Shown here: one piece after another, positions 38,470 through 47,964 of the stretch
Layout: the number at the start of each line of letters is the position of its first letter
Position numbering within the stretch: the first letter of the stretch is position 1
Source of the DNA: an uncultured delta proteobacterium
GTDB lineage: Bacteria > Desulfobacterota > Desulfobaccia > Desulfobaccales > 0-14-0-80-60-11
Length of the DNA: 64,000 nt
Assembly: GCA_963812015.1 (NCBI GenBank)
Contig: CAWETI010000002.1
Location: 1,536,001-1,600,000, forward strand
Direction of reading: 5' to 3'
The notes under the pieces: generated by a model
Database searches by the model: none
Seen by the model: the letters and a program-made list of their open reading frames with translations, nothing else
Told to the model about the DNA's origin: nothing
Made by a program: the position numbers and the translations under genes

Positions 38470-38556
38470 CTCGCAAAGACGCCAAGGCGCAAAGGAAGTA
38501 GTGTGCGCTCTGCGCATACTACTTGATATCTTTGCGTCTTTGCGCCTTGGCGTGAG
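38470..38556. repeat. inverted octamer arrays enclosing a GTAG-type hairpin (right boundary of cassette)
   Basis: ctcgcaaagacgccaaggcgcaaag / aagtagtgtgcgc-tct-gcgcatactactt / ctttgcgtctttgcgccttggcgtgag. Confidence 0.85.
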
Positions 38557-38569
38557 ACTATAGTGAATC

Positions 38570-40276
38570 TTGGATCGCGCATCCGACACTCAAGATAAAC
38601 GGGACTGGCCTTTCCTCCTGGGATTATTCCTGGCGGGGCTGGTGCTGTTTTTCTACCGCCTGGGGGCTCCGGGGCTCATGGACCCGGACGAGGGAAGGTA
38701 CGCCGAGATCGCCCGGGAGTTTTTCGTCCGGCGGGATTGGCTCATCCCCCACCTCAATCTGCTGCCCTACCTGGAGAAGCCGCCCCTGGTCTACTGGCTT
38801 ACGGCGTTGAGCTTCAAGGTCTTGGGCGAAACCGAACTGGCGGCCCGCCTGCCGTCGGCCCTCAGCGCCCTGGCCGGGCTGTTCCTGGCCTACGGGCTGG
38901 GCCGGGCGATGTGGGGGCCCCTGGCCGGGGTCCTGGGCGCCCTGGTCCTGGCCACCGCAGCCGGTTACGTGGCCCTGGGCCGGATTCTCACCCTGGACAT
39001 GACCTTCGCCCTGTTCCTGAATCTGGGGATCGGCCTGGGATACCTGGCCCTGAGCCGGGAGCGGGTGCGGCTGTGGCCCTGGGCTTATGGGGCGTTGGCC
39101 CTGGCGGTCCTGACCAAGGGACCGGTGGCGCTGGTGCTGGCCGGGCTCACCTGGGGTCTCGGGGCGTTGTTCATGAAACAGGGGGTTCAAGAGAAGGCAG
39201 GGGAACGAGGCAGTATTTTTTCCCGGCTGCGTTCACTCTGGCGGCGGCGCCCCTGGCAAGCCCTGATCCAGCCTCGAAGCTGGGGCCTTCTTTTGCTCAT
39301 CACCCTACCGTGGTTTGTCTACGTGCAGTGGCGCTACCCGGAGTTCTTCCGGTTTTTTATCCTGGAGCAGCATCTGGGCCGATTTCTGACCCCGGCCATT
39401 CATCCCGAGCCCTTGCTGTTCTATGTCCCGGTGCTCCTGGGGCTGCTGCTGCCCTGGACCTGGCTTCTGCCCTGGGCCCTGGGGGTGAAGAGCCGGTGGC
39501 GGGACCGGGACTGGCAATTCCTGGCGATCTGGGCCGGGGTGATTGTGGTCTTTTTTTCCCTGTCCCGGGGCAAGCTTGTGCCTTACATCCTGCCGGCGCT
39601 GCTGCCCCTGGCGTTACTGGTGGGGCACAGCTTAGGGCTGCTCGCCGGGGCCGGGCGGTTATCCTTCAACAGCCGGACGCTCAAGGCCAGCCTGGTGGTT
39701 TGGGCCGTTACCGGCGTGGCGCTGGTGGCCCTCAGCCTCCGGCCCCCGGCGCCTTTAGTCCAGGCCCTGGCCAAGGGCAACCTTGTCAGGCCCTATCTCC
39801 TGACGCTCGCCCTGATTTGGGCCCTGACCCCCCTGGCCGCCCTGGTTTGGCGGCACCTGGGGGCGCTGCTACTGGGGGCGCTCCTGCTCGCGGCCCTGAT
39901 GCCCCTGGGCATCGACCAGGTGAGCCGGGGGCGCTCGTTTAAGGATATGGGCCTGGCGCTCAAGTCGGGATGGCAGCCCGGGGCGGCTCTGGTGGGGATG
40001 CAGCTTTATTCCCAGGGGCTGAGCTTTTACAGCGGCCACATCTTCCATCTTTTGGGCTGCCGCACCGAGCTGGACTTCGGGGAGCGCCTGGCGCCGGAGC
40101 AAGGGTTATGTCTGGCCGATAAGGCGGCGTTGCCGGCCTTTACCGGGGCGCGTCCGCTCACTTATTTTTTCCTCAAGGCGGACGATCTTACCTGGCTCAA
40201 GGAGGGGCTGCCGGGAAAATTCCACCGGCTGGCCGCGCATAAGGATTGTATTTTAGTGACCTATGAGGGAAAATGA
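38570..40276 (+). CDS. ArnT-like integral membrane glycosyltransferase
   Basis: DPDEGRYAEIARE, YLEKPPLVYW, LTKGPVA, SRGKLVPYILP. Confidence 0.88.
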   Translation: MDRASDTQDKRDWPFLLGLFLAGLVLFFYRLGAPGLMDPDEGRYAEIAREFFVRRDWLIPHLNLLPYLEKPPLVYWLTALSFKVLGETELAARLPSALSALAGLFLAYGLGRAMWGPLAGVLGALVLATAAGYVALGRILTLDMTFALFLNLGIGLGYLALSRERVRLWPWAYGALALAVLTKGPVALVLAGLTWGLGALFMKQGVQEKAGERGSIFSRLRSLWRRRPWQALIQPRSWGLLLLITLPWFVYVQWRYPEFFRFFILEQHLGRFLTPAIHPEPLLFYVPVLLGLLLPWTWLLPWALGVKSRWRDRDWQFLAIWAGVIVVFFSLSRGKLVPYILPALLPLALLVGHSLGLLAGAGRLSFNSRTLKASLVVWAVTGVALVALSLRPPAPLVQALAKGNLVRPYLLTLALIWALTPLAALVWRHLGALLLGALLLAALMPLGIDQVSRGRSFKDMGLALKSGWQPGAALVGMQLYSQGLSFYSGHIFHLLGCRTELDFGERLAPEQGLCLADKAALPAFTGARPLTYFFLKADDLTWLKEGLPGKFHRLAAHKDCILVTYEGK

Positions 40277-40324
40277 AGCGGTCGTAGAGTCGCCGCCCAT
40301 CGAGTCCGAGAAAATCAACCTATC

Positions 40325-41479
40325 ATGCCCCAAATCCTTTACCGCTATTTGATCCTGGAAATCCTGCCCCCCTTTGGGGTGAGCCTGCTGGGCTTCACCG
40401 CCATCGTGTTTCTGGGGCGCATGATGAAGATCACCCAGATGATCGTGGTCAAGGGGGTGGGTCTCATCGACGTCCTGAAGATGTGCGCCTTTCTGCTGCC
40501 CTATCTGCTGGTGTTCACCCTGCCCATGGCGGCCACGGTGGGGATTTTGCTGGCCATGACCCGGCTGTCGGCGGACCAGGAAGTGATCGCCATGAAGACC
40601 GCGGGGTTAAGCTTTGCCCAACTGCTGCCGCCGGTCCTGGGGTTTGCTATGGCGGTGGGGCTGCTCTCCCTGGGCCTGACGGTTTTTGCCAGCCCCTGGG
40701 GGCAGCGGTCGACCAAAGATTTGATGAAGGATGTGGTCAAGCGGCGGGCCGATATGGGCATCCAAGAACAGACGTTTAATACCGACTTCAACGGCATGAT
40801 GCTGTTTGTCAATCACGTCGTCCGCAAGGGCGGCCACCTGGAAGGGGTGTTCGCCTATGATTTCCGGGACCAGGAGAATCCCCTGACCATTTATGCCGAG
40901 CAGGGGGACTTGAGCTACGACCGGGAGCAGGAAACCATGCTCATGCAGCTCTATGACGGGCGGATCCTGCGGTGGGAGAAAGAGCCGCACCGCTGGCAAG
41001 CCATGGAGTTCAAGACCTATAAACTGCCCCTGGAGGTCTTTAAATTTGCCCTACAGGGGGCTAAATCCGAGTCGGAAATGACTTTGGGGGAATTGCGGGG
41101 CATCGTGGCGACGGAGCCCCGGGGGTCGGACGCCTCCAACCGGGCCCTGGTGGAGGTGAACCAGCGGTTTGCCCTGCCGGTAGGGGCGATGCTGCTCTGT
41201 CTGATGGCCATGCCCCTGGGTTTGAGTCCCCGGCAACACGGGCGCACCTGGGGCCTGGTCCTGGGCCTGGTGGTGTTCCTGGTGTACTATGTAATTTTTA
41301 CCGCGTCATGGCGTCTGGCCGTCAACGCCCGGATCAATCCGGCCCTGGCGCCCTGGCTCTCCAATTTCCTGTTCATCTGGGTGGCCCTCTATTTCTGGCG
41401 CCGGACGGTGCGGGAGATGCCATTGCTGCCGGACTGGGTGGTTTGGCGGATCAGGCGCCGGTCCACCGCCGGTGGGTAA
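40325..41479 (+). CDS. lptF: LPS export ABC transporter permease, LptF/LptG family
   Basis: ILYRYLILE, RLSADQEVIAMKTAGLS, RFALP, LAPWLSN. Confidence 0.85.
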   Translation: MPQILYRYLILEILPPFGVSLLGFTAIVFLGRMMKITQMIVVKGVGLIDVLKMCAFLLPYLLVFTLPMAATVGILLAMTRLSADQEVIAMKTAGLSFAQLLPPVLGFAMAVGLLSLGLTVFASPWGQRSTKDLMKDVVKRRADMGIQEQTFNTDFNGMMLFVNHVVRKGGHLEGVFAYDFRDQENPLTIYAEQGDLSYDREQETMLMQLYDGRILRWEKEPHRWQAMEFKTYKLPLEVFKFALQGAKSESEMTLGELRGIVATEPRGSDASNRALVEVNQRFALPVGAMLLCLMAMPLGLSPRQHGRTWGLVLGLVVFLVYYVIFTASWRLAVNARINPALAPWLSNFLFIWVALYFWRRTVREMPLLPDWVVWRIRRRSTAGG

Positions 41480-41591
41480 AGGGGAGCAGCAGGGCCGGGG
41501 GAGCGATTTTCCCAGACGGTCTTTTTCTATATTTCCCGATAACATGATAAGGTTCGACAACCTGAGAGAAAACGCACACATGGGGTGAGTT

Positions 41592-42584
41592 ATTTCCGAG
41601 TTAGATAAACTCAGCGGCGCCCGCGTGCTGATCACCGGCGGGGCGGGGATGATCGGCAGCACCATAGCCCACCTGGCGGTGACCCGGGGGGCCCGGGTCA
41701 GCATCCTGGATGCCATGTTGCCCCTGTATGGGGGAAACCGGTACAATCTCCGAGGTATTCTCGATCAGGTGGAGTTCATCCAGGGAGATATTCGGGACCT
41801 GGAGCTGATGCGGCGGGTGGTGCCCGGATACGATTATATTTTCAGTCTAGCCGGCCAGGTGAGTTACGTGGACAGCAACACCGATCCCCTCCTGGACCTG
41901 GATATCAACTGCAAGGGGCACCTCCAGGTGTTGGAGGCCTGCCGATTGGAGAACTCCCAGGCCAGGCTGCTCTTTGCCAGTTCCCGGTTTGTCTATGGCC
42001 GGATCGAGTACAACCCGGTGGATGAAAACCACCCGTTTAACTGTCTGAGCATCTACGGCATCCACAAGCTGGCGGGGGAGAAATATTATCGCTTCTATCA
42101 CGAGGCCTATGGTTTAAAGACCGTGAGCGTGCGCATCGCCAACCCCTACGGACCCCGGCAGCAGATGAAACACAGCAAATACGGCATTGTTAACTGGTTC
42201 ATCCGCCTGGCCCTAGAGGGCCAGCCGTTGACGGTGTTCGGTGACGGGCAGCAGCGCCGGGATTATATCTTCAATGCGGATCTGGCCGAAGGTTGTATGG
42301 CGCTCCTGCTGAGCCCGGGAACCGAGGGCCGGGTCTACAACCTGGGGACCGGCACCGGGGTGCCGTTCATCGAGATGGCGCACCTGGTGGCGGCGGCGGT
42401 GCCCGGCACCGAGGTGCGGCAGGTGGAGTGGCCCCGGGATCGGTACTTTGTGGAAACCGGGGACTACCAGAGCGATATCAGCCGGATCACCGCGGCCTCG
42501 GGTTGGCGGCCCCGAACCAGCCTAAAGGATGGGATTGAGGGCACCGTGGCTTATTATCGGGAACATCGGGAAAAATACTGGTAG
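41592..42584 (+). CDS. NAD-dependent nucleotide-sugar epimerase/dehydratase (start uncertain: 41592 or 41625)
   Basis: LITGGAGMIG, YGIHK, NPYGPRQ. Confidence 0.85.
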   Translation: MSELDKLSGARVLITGGAGMIGSTIAHLAVTRGARVSILDAMLPLYGGNRYNLRGILDQVEFIQGDIRDLELMRRVVPGYDYIFSLAGQVSYVDSNTDPLLDLDINCKGHLQVLEACRLENSQARLLFASSRFVYGRIEYNPVDENHPFNCLSIYGIHKLAGEKYYRFYHEAYGLKTVSVRIANPYGPRQQMKHSKYGIVNWFIRLALEGQPLTVFGDGQQRRDYIFNADLAEGCMALLLSPGTEGRVYNLGTGTGVPFIEMAHLVAAAVPGTEVRQVEWPRDRYFVETGDYQSDISRITAASGWRPRTSLKDGIEGTVAYYREHREKYW

Positions 42585-42689
42585 CCGGGGTTGGGGTGGA
42601 AATGCCGAGCGTCACCGGAGGGTGATGCTTCGCAGATAATAAAGTTTTGTTCCTTATCCATCTACCGCTAACTTTAAGAAAATAGGCTT

Positions 42690-43688
42690 ATGACGGATTG
42701 GACCTCTGAAGTTAAGAACTATACGTTTCTGGTGACCGGCAGCGCCGGGTTCATCGGGTTTCATGTGGCCCGGAGCTTGCTGGGCCACGGGGCCCGGGTG
42801 GTAGGGCTGGACAACTTCAACGATTACTACTCCCCGGCTTTGAAACATGACCGGGACCGGGAACTGCGCCAGCACCCCAACTTTGTCTCGGTTGCGGCCG
42901 ACCTGGCCGACCTGCCGGCCCTGGAAGCCCTGTTCAGCGCCCACCAGCCCCAGAAAATCTGTCATCTGGCGGCCCAGGCCGGGGTGCGGTACTCCCTGAC
43001 CAACCCCTTTGCCTATCAGAAGTCCAATCTGGAGGGGTTCGTCAATCTCCTGGAGCTGGTCAAAGGCTTTCGGCCGGAGCGCCTGGTCTACGCCTCCAGT
43101 TCCAGTGTCTATGCCGGCCTGACGGAAATGCCTTTTAGCGAGACCCAGAGGGTGGATAGGCCCATCAGTCTCTATGCGGCCACGAAAAAGGCCAATGAAT
43201 TGATGGCCCATGCCTACTCCCACCTGTTTGGCATCCACAGCGTGGGGTTGCGGTTTTTTACGGTGTACGGGCCCTGGGGCCGGCCGGATATGGCCATGTG
43301 GCTGTTCACCGAGGCGATGCTCCAGGGGCAACCCATCAAAGTCTTTAATTATGGGAAAATGCAGCGGGATTTCACCTATATCGATGACATTGTCCAGGGA
43401 GTGGTGGCGGCGTTGATGGCCCCGGGCCTGGACCCTTACGAGATCATTAACCTGGGGAACCACCGGGCCGAAGAACTTCTCAAGGTGATCAGCATCCTGG
43501 AAAGCGAACTGAAGGTCAAGGCGATCCAAGACCTTTTGCCCATACAACCCGGAGATGTCCCGGCCACCTATGCGGATATTGACCGGGCCAGGGCCAAGCT
43601 GGGGTTTCAGCCGCTCACTCCCATTGAGGTCGGGATCCCCCGCTTTGTGCAATGGTATTTTGATTATCACCGCCTGCCACGCCGCTAG
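42690..43688 (+). CDS. UDP-glucuronate 4-epimerase-like SDR
   Basis: VTGSAGFIG, LAAQAGVRYS, YAATKK, RFFTVYGPWGRPDM. Confidence 0.9.
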   Translation: MTDWTSEVKNYTFLVTGSAGFIGFHVARSLLGHGARVVGLDNFNDYYSPALKHDRDRELRQHPNFVSVAADLADLPALEALFSAHQPQKICHLAAQAGVRYSLTNPFAYQKSNLEGFVNLLELVKGFRPERLVYASSSSVYAGLTEMPFSETQRVDRPISLYAATKKANELMAHAYSHLFGIHSVGLRFFTVYGPWGRPDMAMWLFTEAMLQGQPIKVFNYGKMQRDFTYIDDIVQGVVAALMAPGLDPYEIINLGNHRAEELLKVISILESELKVKAIQDLLPIQPGDVPATYADIDRARAKLGFQPLTPIEVGIPRFVQWYFDYHRLPRR

Positions 43689-43723
43689 TGGCGGGCCCCC
43701 GGGCATAGGAGAGGATAGAGCAC

Positions 43724-45043
43724 GTGACGGATTTACTGGGCAAAATCAAGAATAAGCAGGCGTTGGTGGGCATCATCGGTTTGGGCTATGTGGGACTCCC
43801 GTTGGTGTTGCGTTTCTGTGAGGTGGGATTCCAGGTTCTGGGCTTTGATACGGATGCCAACAAAATAGAACGTCTGAACCGGGGGGAGTCCTATATCAAG
43901 CACATCCCATCCTTCCGGCTGGCGGCTTTGCTTACGCCCCAGGAGGGTACGGGGCGGTTTGCCGCCACTCATGACATGGGGCGCCTGGGGGAACCGGATG
44001 TCTTGATCATCTGCGTGCCCACCCCCCTGACTTCGAAACGGGAGCCAGACCTGCGCTATGTGGAGAACACCACCCGCCAGATTGCCGCCTGCCTGCGCCC
44101 CGGCCAGCTGGTTTCTTTAGAATCCACCACCTACCCCGGCACCACGGCGGAATTGCTTTTGCCCCTTCTGGGCCAGAAGCACAAGGTGGGGGAGGATTTT
44201 TACCTGGTCTTCTCTCCCGAACGGGAAGACCCGGGCAACCCCCAATTCCAGGTGAACACCATCCCCAAGGTGGTGGGCGGGGTGACGCCCGCGTGTTCGG
44301 AGCATGGGGTGGCGCTCTATTCCCAGGTGATCGAACGGGTAATTCCCGTGTCTTCCACCCAGGCGGCGGAGATGAGCAAGCTCCTGGAGAACATCTACCG
44401 GGCGGTGAACATTGCCCTGGTCAATGAACTCAAGATGCTGTGCCTGAGGATGGGGATAGACATCTTTGAAGTCATCGCGGCCTCCAAGACCAAGCCCTTC
44501 GGATTCCAGGCCTTTTATCCCGGGCCGGGTCTGGGAGGGCATTGCATCCCCATCGATCCCTTTTACCTGACCTGGAAGGCCCGGGAATACGATTTTTCCA
44601 CCCGGTTTATCGAACTGGCCGGGGAGATTAACACCTCGATGCCCTATTTCGTGATGCAGCGGGTGATCAAGGCCCTGGGTGACCAAAACAAGGCGCTGAA
44701 CGGCTCCAAGATCCTGGTACTGGGGGTTGCTTACAAGAAGGACGTGGATGATCCCCGGGAGTCCCCCTCCCTCAAGATCATGGACCTGCTCAAGCAGGAG
44801 GGCGCCGAGGTCAGCTATAATGATCCGCACATTCCCCGGTGTGCCGGGATGAGGCATTACCCCCATTTCGACCTGGTGTCGACGCCGCTGGACAAGCGCG
44901 CCCTCAAAGAGTCCGACCTGGTGCTCTTGGTGACGGACCACTCCGCCTATGACTATGCCTGGATCGCCTCCCAGGCCCGGCTGATCGTCGACACCCGGAA
45001 CGCCTTTAAGGGAATCGCCGGCAAGCACATCTACCCGGCCTAA
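43724..45043 (+). CDS. UDP-N-acetyl-hexosamine 6-dehydrogenase (WbpA-like)
   Basis: GLGYVG, CVPTP, ESTTYPG, SPEREDPG, GGHCIPIDP. Confidence 0.9.
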   Translation: MTDLLGKIKNKQALVGIIGLGYVGLPLVLRFCEVGFQVLGFDTDANKIERLNRGESYIKHIPSFRLAALLTPQEGTGRFAATHDMGRLGEPDVLIICVPTPLTSKREPDLRYVENTTRQIAACLRPGQLVSLESTTYPGTTAELLLPLLGQKHKVGEDFYLVFSPEREDPGNPQFQVNTIPKVVGGVTPACSEHGVALYSQVIERVIPVSSTQAAEMSKLLENIYRAVNIALVNELKMLCLRMGIDIFEVIAASKTKPFGFQAFYPGPGLGGHCIPIDPFYLTWKAREYDFSTRFIELAGEINTSMPYFVMQRVIKALGDQNKALNGSKILVLGVAYKKDVDDPRESPSLKIMDLLKQEGAEVSYNDPHIPRCAGMRHYPHFDLVSTPLDKRALKESDLVLLVTDHSAYDYAWIASQARLIVDTRNAFKGIAGKHIYPA

Positions 45044-45048
45044 GCAAT

Positions 45049-45200
45049 TTTTGGAGAGGGGGCCAGGGGCCGACGGCCCCTCCCCCCTCTCCCAAACCCT
45101 CTCCCCCAACCCCCATACAGGGGGCTGGGAGGGGAGCTTGAGGGGCGGGCGGGGGAATTTTTCGTATTTTCGTAAGGGCTTCCCCCGGTCCTCCCCTCAA
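45049..45200. repeat. cluster of G/C-tract hairpins between convergent genes
   Basis: tttggagagggggccaggggcc-gac-ggcccctcccccctctcccaaa; ttgaggggcgggcgggggaa...ttcccccggtcctcccctcaa. Confidence 0.55.
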
Positions 45201-45212
45201 AACACTCCTGAC

Positions 45213-46562
45213 TCAGGTCATCAGGGCCAGGAGTTCGGCGGTCTTTTCCTTAAGCAGGGCCGGGTCTTGCCGGGTTTCGACATTGAGGCGGAGCACGGGT
45301 TCGGTGTTGGATTTGCGCAGATTGAAACGCCAGGCGGGGAATTCCAGATTGAGGCCGTCGGTGCGGTCGCAGGCGACGGCTTCGGCCTGATAAAGCGCCT
45401 CCACCCGGCGGAGGACTGGACCGGGGTCGGCCACCTTGCGGTTGATTTCACCGCTGACGGGGTAGCGCTGCATTCTCGCCGCCACCAGAGCGGACAAGGA
45501 TTGCCGGCTGCGGCCCATGATCTCAAGGACCAACAACCAGGGAATCATACCGCTGTCACAGTAGGCGAAGTCCCGGAAGTAGTGGTGGCCCGACATTTCC
45601 CCGCCGTAGAGGGCGTTTTCGGCCCGCATTCTCTCCTTGATGAAGGCATGCCCGGTCTTACTCATGACCGGGCGGCCGCCGGCCGCCTCGACCATGTCGA
45701 TGGTATTCCAGGTCAGCCGGGGATCGTGAATGATGGCGGCGCCGGGATGATGCGCCAGCAGCGCCTGGGCGATCAGCCCCACCAGGTAATAGCCCTCGAT
45801 AAAGTTGCCCAGTTCATCAAAAAAGAAACAACGGTCAAAATCGCCGTCCCAGGCCAGGCCCAGCGCCGCCTCATGGTCCCGGACCGCCTGGGCGGTGATG
45901 TGCCGATTCTCGGGCAGCAAGGGGTTGGGCACGCCGTGGGGGAAAGACGGGTCGGGTTCGTGGCAGATCTTGATGAACCGGCAGGGGAGGTGGGGCTCCA
46001 GGGCGTCGAGCACCGGCCCGGCGCAGCCGTTGCCGGCATTGACCACCACCTTGAGGGGTTTCAGTATCTGGGGATCGATATAGCTCAACAGGTGGCCGAT
46101 ATACGCGTTGAGCGGGTCTGTGGCCCGCCGCCCCCCTTTCGGTCCGGGGGAGGCCGGCAACTGCCGGGCGGCGGCCAGCCGTTCGATCTGGTGAAGCCCG
46201 GAGTCGCCGCTGATGGGCCGGGATTGCTCCCGGACGAACTTCATGCCGTTGTATTCGGGGGGGTTGTGGCTGGCGGTGATCATGATGCCCCCGTCCAGGC
46301 CCAGGTGCGAGGTGGAGAAATAGATTTGTTCGGTGCCGCACAGCCCCAACTGCCAGACCTCCACGCCGCAATCGTTGAGGCCCGCGGCCAGGGCCTCGGC
46401 CAGGGGGAGACTGGAGGGGCGCACGTCCCACCCCACCGCCACCCGGGCCGGGGACAGGAACCCGGCGTAGGCCCGGCCGATCCGGTAGGCCAGGTCGGGA
46501 TTGAGTTCCTCGGGGACCCGGCCCCGGACGTCATACGCTTTGAAACAGTTTAGCTTTTGCAT
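45213..46562 (-). CDS. manB: phosphomannomutase (CpsG/ManB type)
   Basis: FKAYDVRG, ITASHNP, DGDFDR, GEMSGH, SNTEP. Confidence 0.9.
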   Translation of the reverse strand: MQKLNCFKAYDVRGRVPEELNPDLAYRIGRAYAGFLSPARVAVGWDVRPSSLPLAEALAAGLNDCGVEVWQLGLCGTEQIYFSTSHLGLDGGIMITASHNPPEYNGMKFVREQSRPISGDSGLHQIERLAAARQLPASPGPKGGRRATDPLNAYIGHLLSYIDPQILKPLKVVVNAGNGCAGPVLDALEPHLPCRFIKICHEPDPSFPHGVPNPLLPENRHITAQAVRDHEAALGLAWDGDFDRCFFFDELGNFIEGYYLVGLIAQALLAHHPGAAIIHDPRLTWNTIDMVEAAGGRPVMSKTGHAFIKERMRAENALYGGEMSGHHYFRDFAYCDSGMIPWLLVLEIMGRSRQSLSALVAARMQRYPVSGEINRKVADPGPVLRRVEALYQAEAVACDRTDGLNLEFPAWRFNLRKSNTEPVLRLNVETRQDPALLKEKTAELLALMT

Positions 46563-46831
46563 GATTGTCTCTTGTTCAACTATCATAACCGGGCGCTAAA
46601 GGCCAGGGTGAACCACCGCCTTCTTCCCATGGGCCAGGTTTTGCCTTTTTGTTAGGGGGTTGGCATCTCGCAGGTCAGGGACCGGTGGGCCCGGAAATGC
46701 TAAAAATCCGGCGGCGATGGTTGAAAAGAGTCGACAACAACCTGTATCATTACCAGGAGATGGCGCACCATAAAATAACCACACTCGGCCTGCACCTGGA
46801 GGGAGTGGGAGAGAGGACAGGCTCGAACCGG

Positions 46832-47956
46832 ATGATTCATATCTCCAGATCGATGGTGGGACAGGCGGAACTTGAGGCCATGGCCCGGGTCGTGCGCGAA
46901 GATGGCTACCTGGGTATTGGCCGGGAAGTTCGGGCTTTTGAAGAAGAGCTCCAGGAATATCTCGGCGGCCGAGACCGTAAGGTCGTTTGCCTCAATTCCG
47001 GCACCGCGGCCCTGCATCTGGCAGTGCAGGCGGTCACCCAACCCGGGGATGAAGTCCTGGTGCAATCGCTGACCTTTATTGCCTCGTTCCAGGCGATCAG
47101 CGCCGCGGGCGCGGTCCCGGTGGCCTGTGAAGTTTACCCGGAGACGGTAACCCTGGACCTTAAGGACGCCGGCCAAAGAATCACGCCTCGCACCAAAGCC
47201 GTGATGCCGGTCCATTATGCCAGCAACCCCGGGGACCTTGAGGCCATCTATGAGTTTGCCCAGCGTCATGACTTACGGGTGATTGAAGACGCAGCCCATG
47301 CCTTCGGATGCACCTACCAGGGGCGGAAGATCGGCTCGTTTGGCGACCTGGTCTGCTTCAGCTTTGACGGTCTAAAAAATATCACCTGCGGGGAAGGGGG
47401 GGCCGTGGTCACCTCGGACCCCAAGGTGATTCAATCGGTGCAGGATGCCCGCCTGTTGGGGGTGCACCGGGACACCGAAAAGCGGTATCAGGGGGCCCGG
47501 AGTTGGGAGTTTGACGTCCAGCAGCAGGGCTATCGGTACCATCTGAGCAACCTGTTTGCAGCCGTAGGACGGGTCCAGTTGCAGCGTTTTGAAGGGGAAT
47601 TTAAACCGCGGCGCATCGAATTGGCCCAAAAATACCGGTCGGCCTTGACCGGCGCCCCAGATCTAAAATTCTTCCAGGGTGATCCAGGTCCAATTGTTCC
47701 GCATATATTCCCCATCAGGGTGGTAAATGGCAAGCGGGATGGGCTGCGGCAATTTTTGCAGGACCGGGGTATTGAATCCGGCATTCACTATAAGCCGAAT
47801 CATCTCCTGTCATTTTACGGCGGGGCCAAAGGGTTGCTGCCGGTTACCGAAAGGCTCTATGAAGAGTTGTTAACTCTGCCCTTGCATCCCGGGTTGAGGG
47901 ATGAAGATGTTGATCATACCATCGCTGCGGTTATGGAATTCTTGTCTCATGCCTGA
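46832..47956 (+). CDS. DegT/DnrJ/EryC1/StrS sugar aminotransferase
   Basis: SGTAALHLA, EDAAHA, FSFDGLKNITCGEGG; ATG 46832. Confidence 0.92.
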   Translation: MIHISRSMVGQAELEAMARVVREDGYLGIGREVRAFEEELQEYLGGRDRKVVCLNSGTAALHLAVQAVTQPGDEVLVQSLTFIASFQAISAAGAVPVACEVYPETVTLDLKDAGQRITPRTKAVMPVHYASNPGDLEAIYEFAQRHDLRVIEDAAHAFGCTYQGRKIGSFGDLVCFSFDGLKNITCGEGGAVVTSDPKVIQSVQDARLLGVHRDTEKRYQGARSWEFDVQQQGYRYHLSNLFAAVGRVQLQRFEGEFKPRRIELAQKYRSALTGAPDLKFFQGDPGPIVPHIFPIRVVNGKRDGLRQFLQDRGIESGIHYKPNHLLSFYGGAKGLLPVTERLYEELLTLPLHPGLRDEDVDHTIAAVMEFLSHA

Positions 47957-47964
47957 GACCAAGT

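Noticed and set aside
39173..39250. Hydrophilic insert in the ArnT-like protein resembling the G-tract repeat at 45130-45160
   Set aside because: Similarity is too weak to distinguish from chance in GC-rich DNA.
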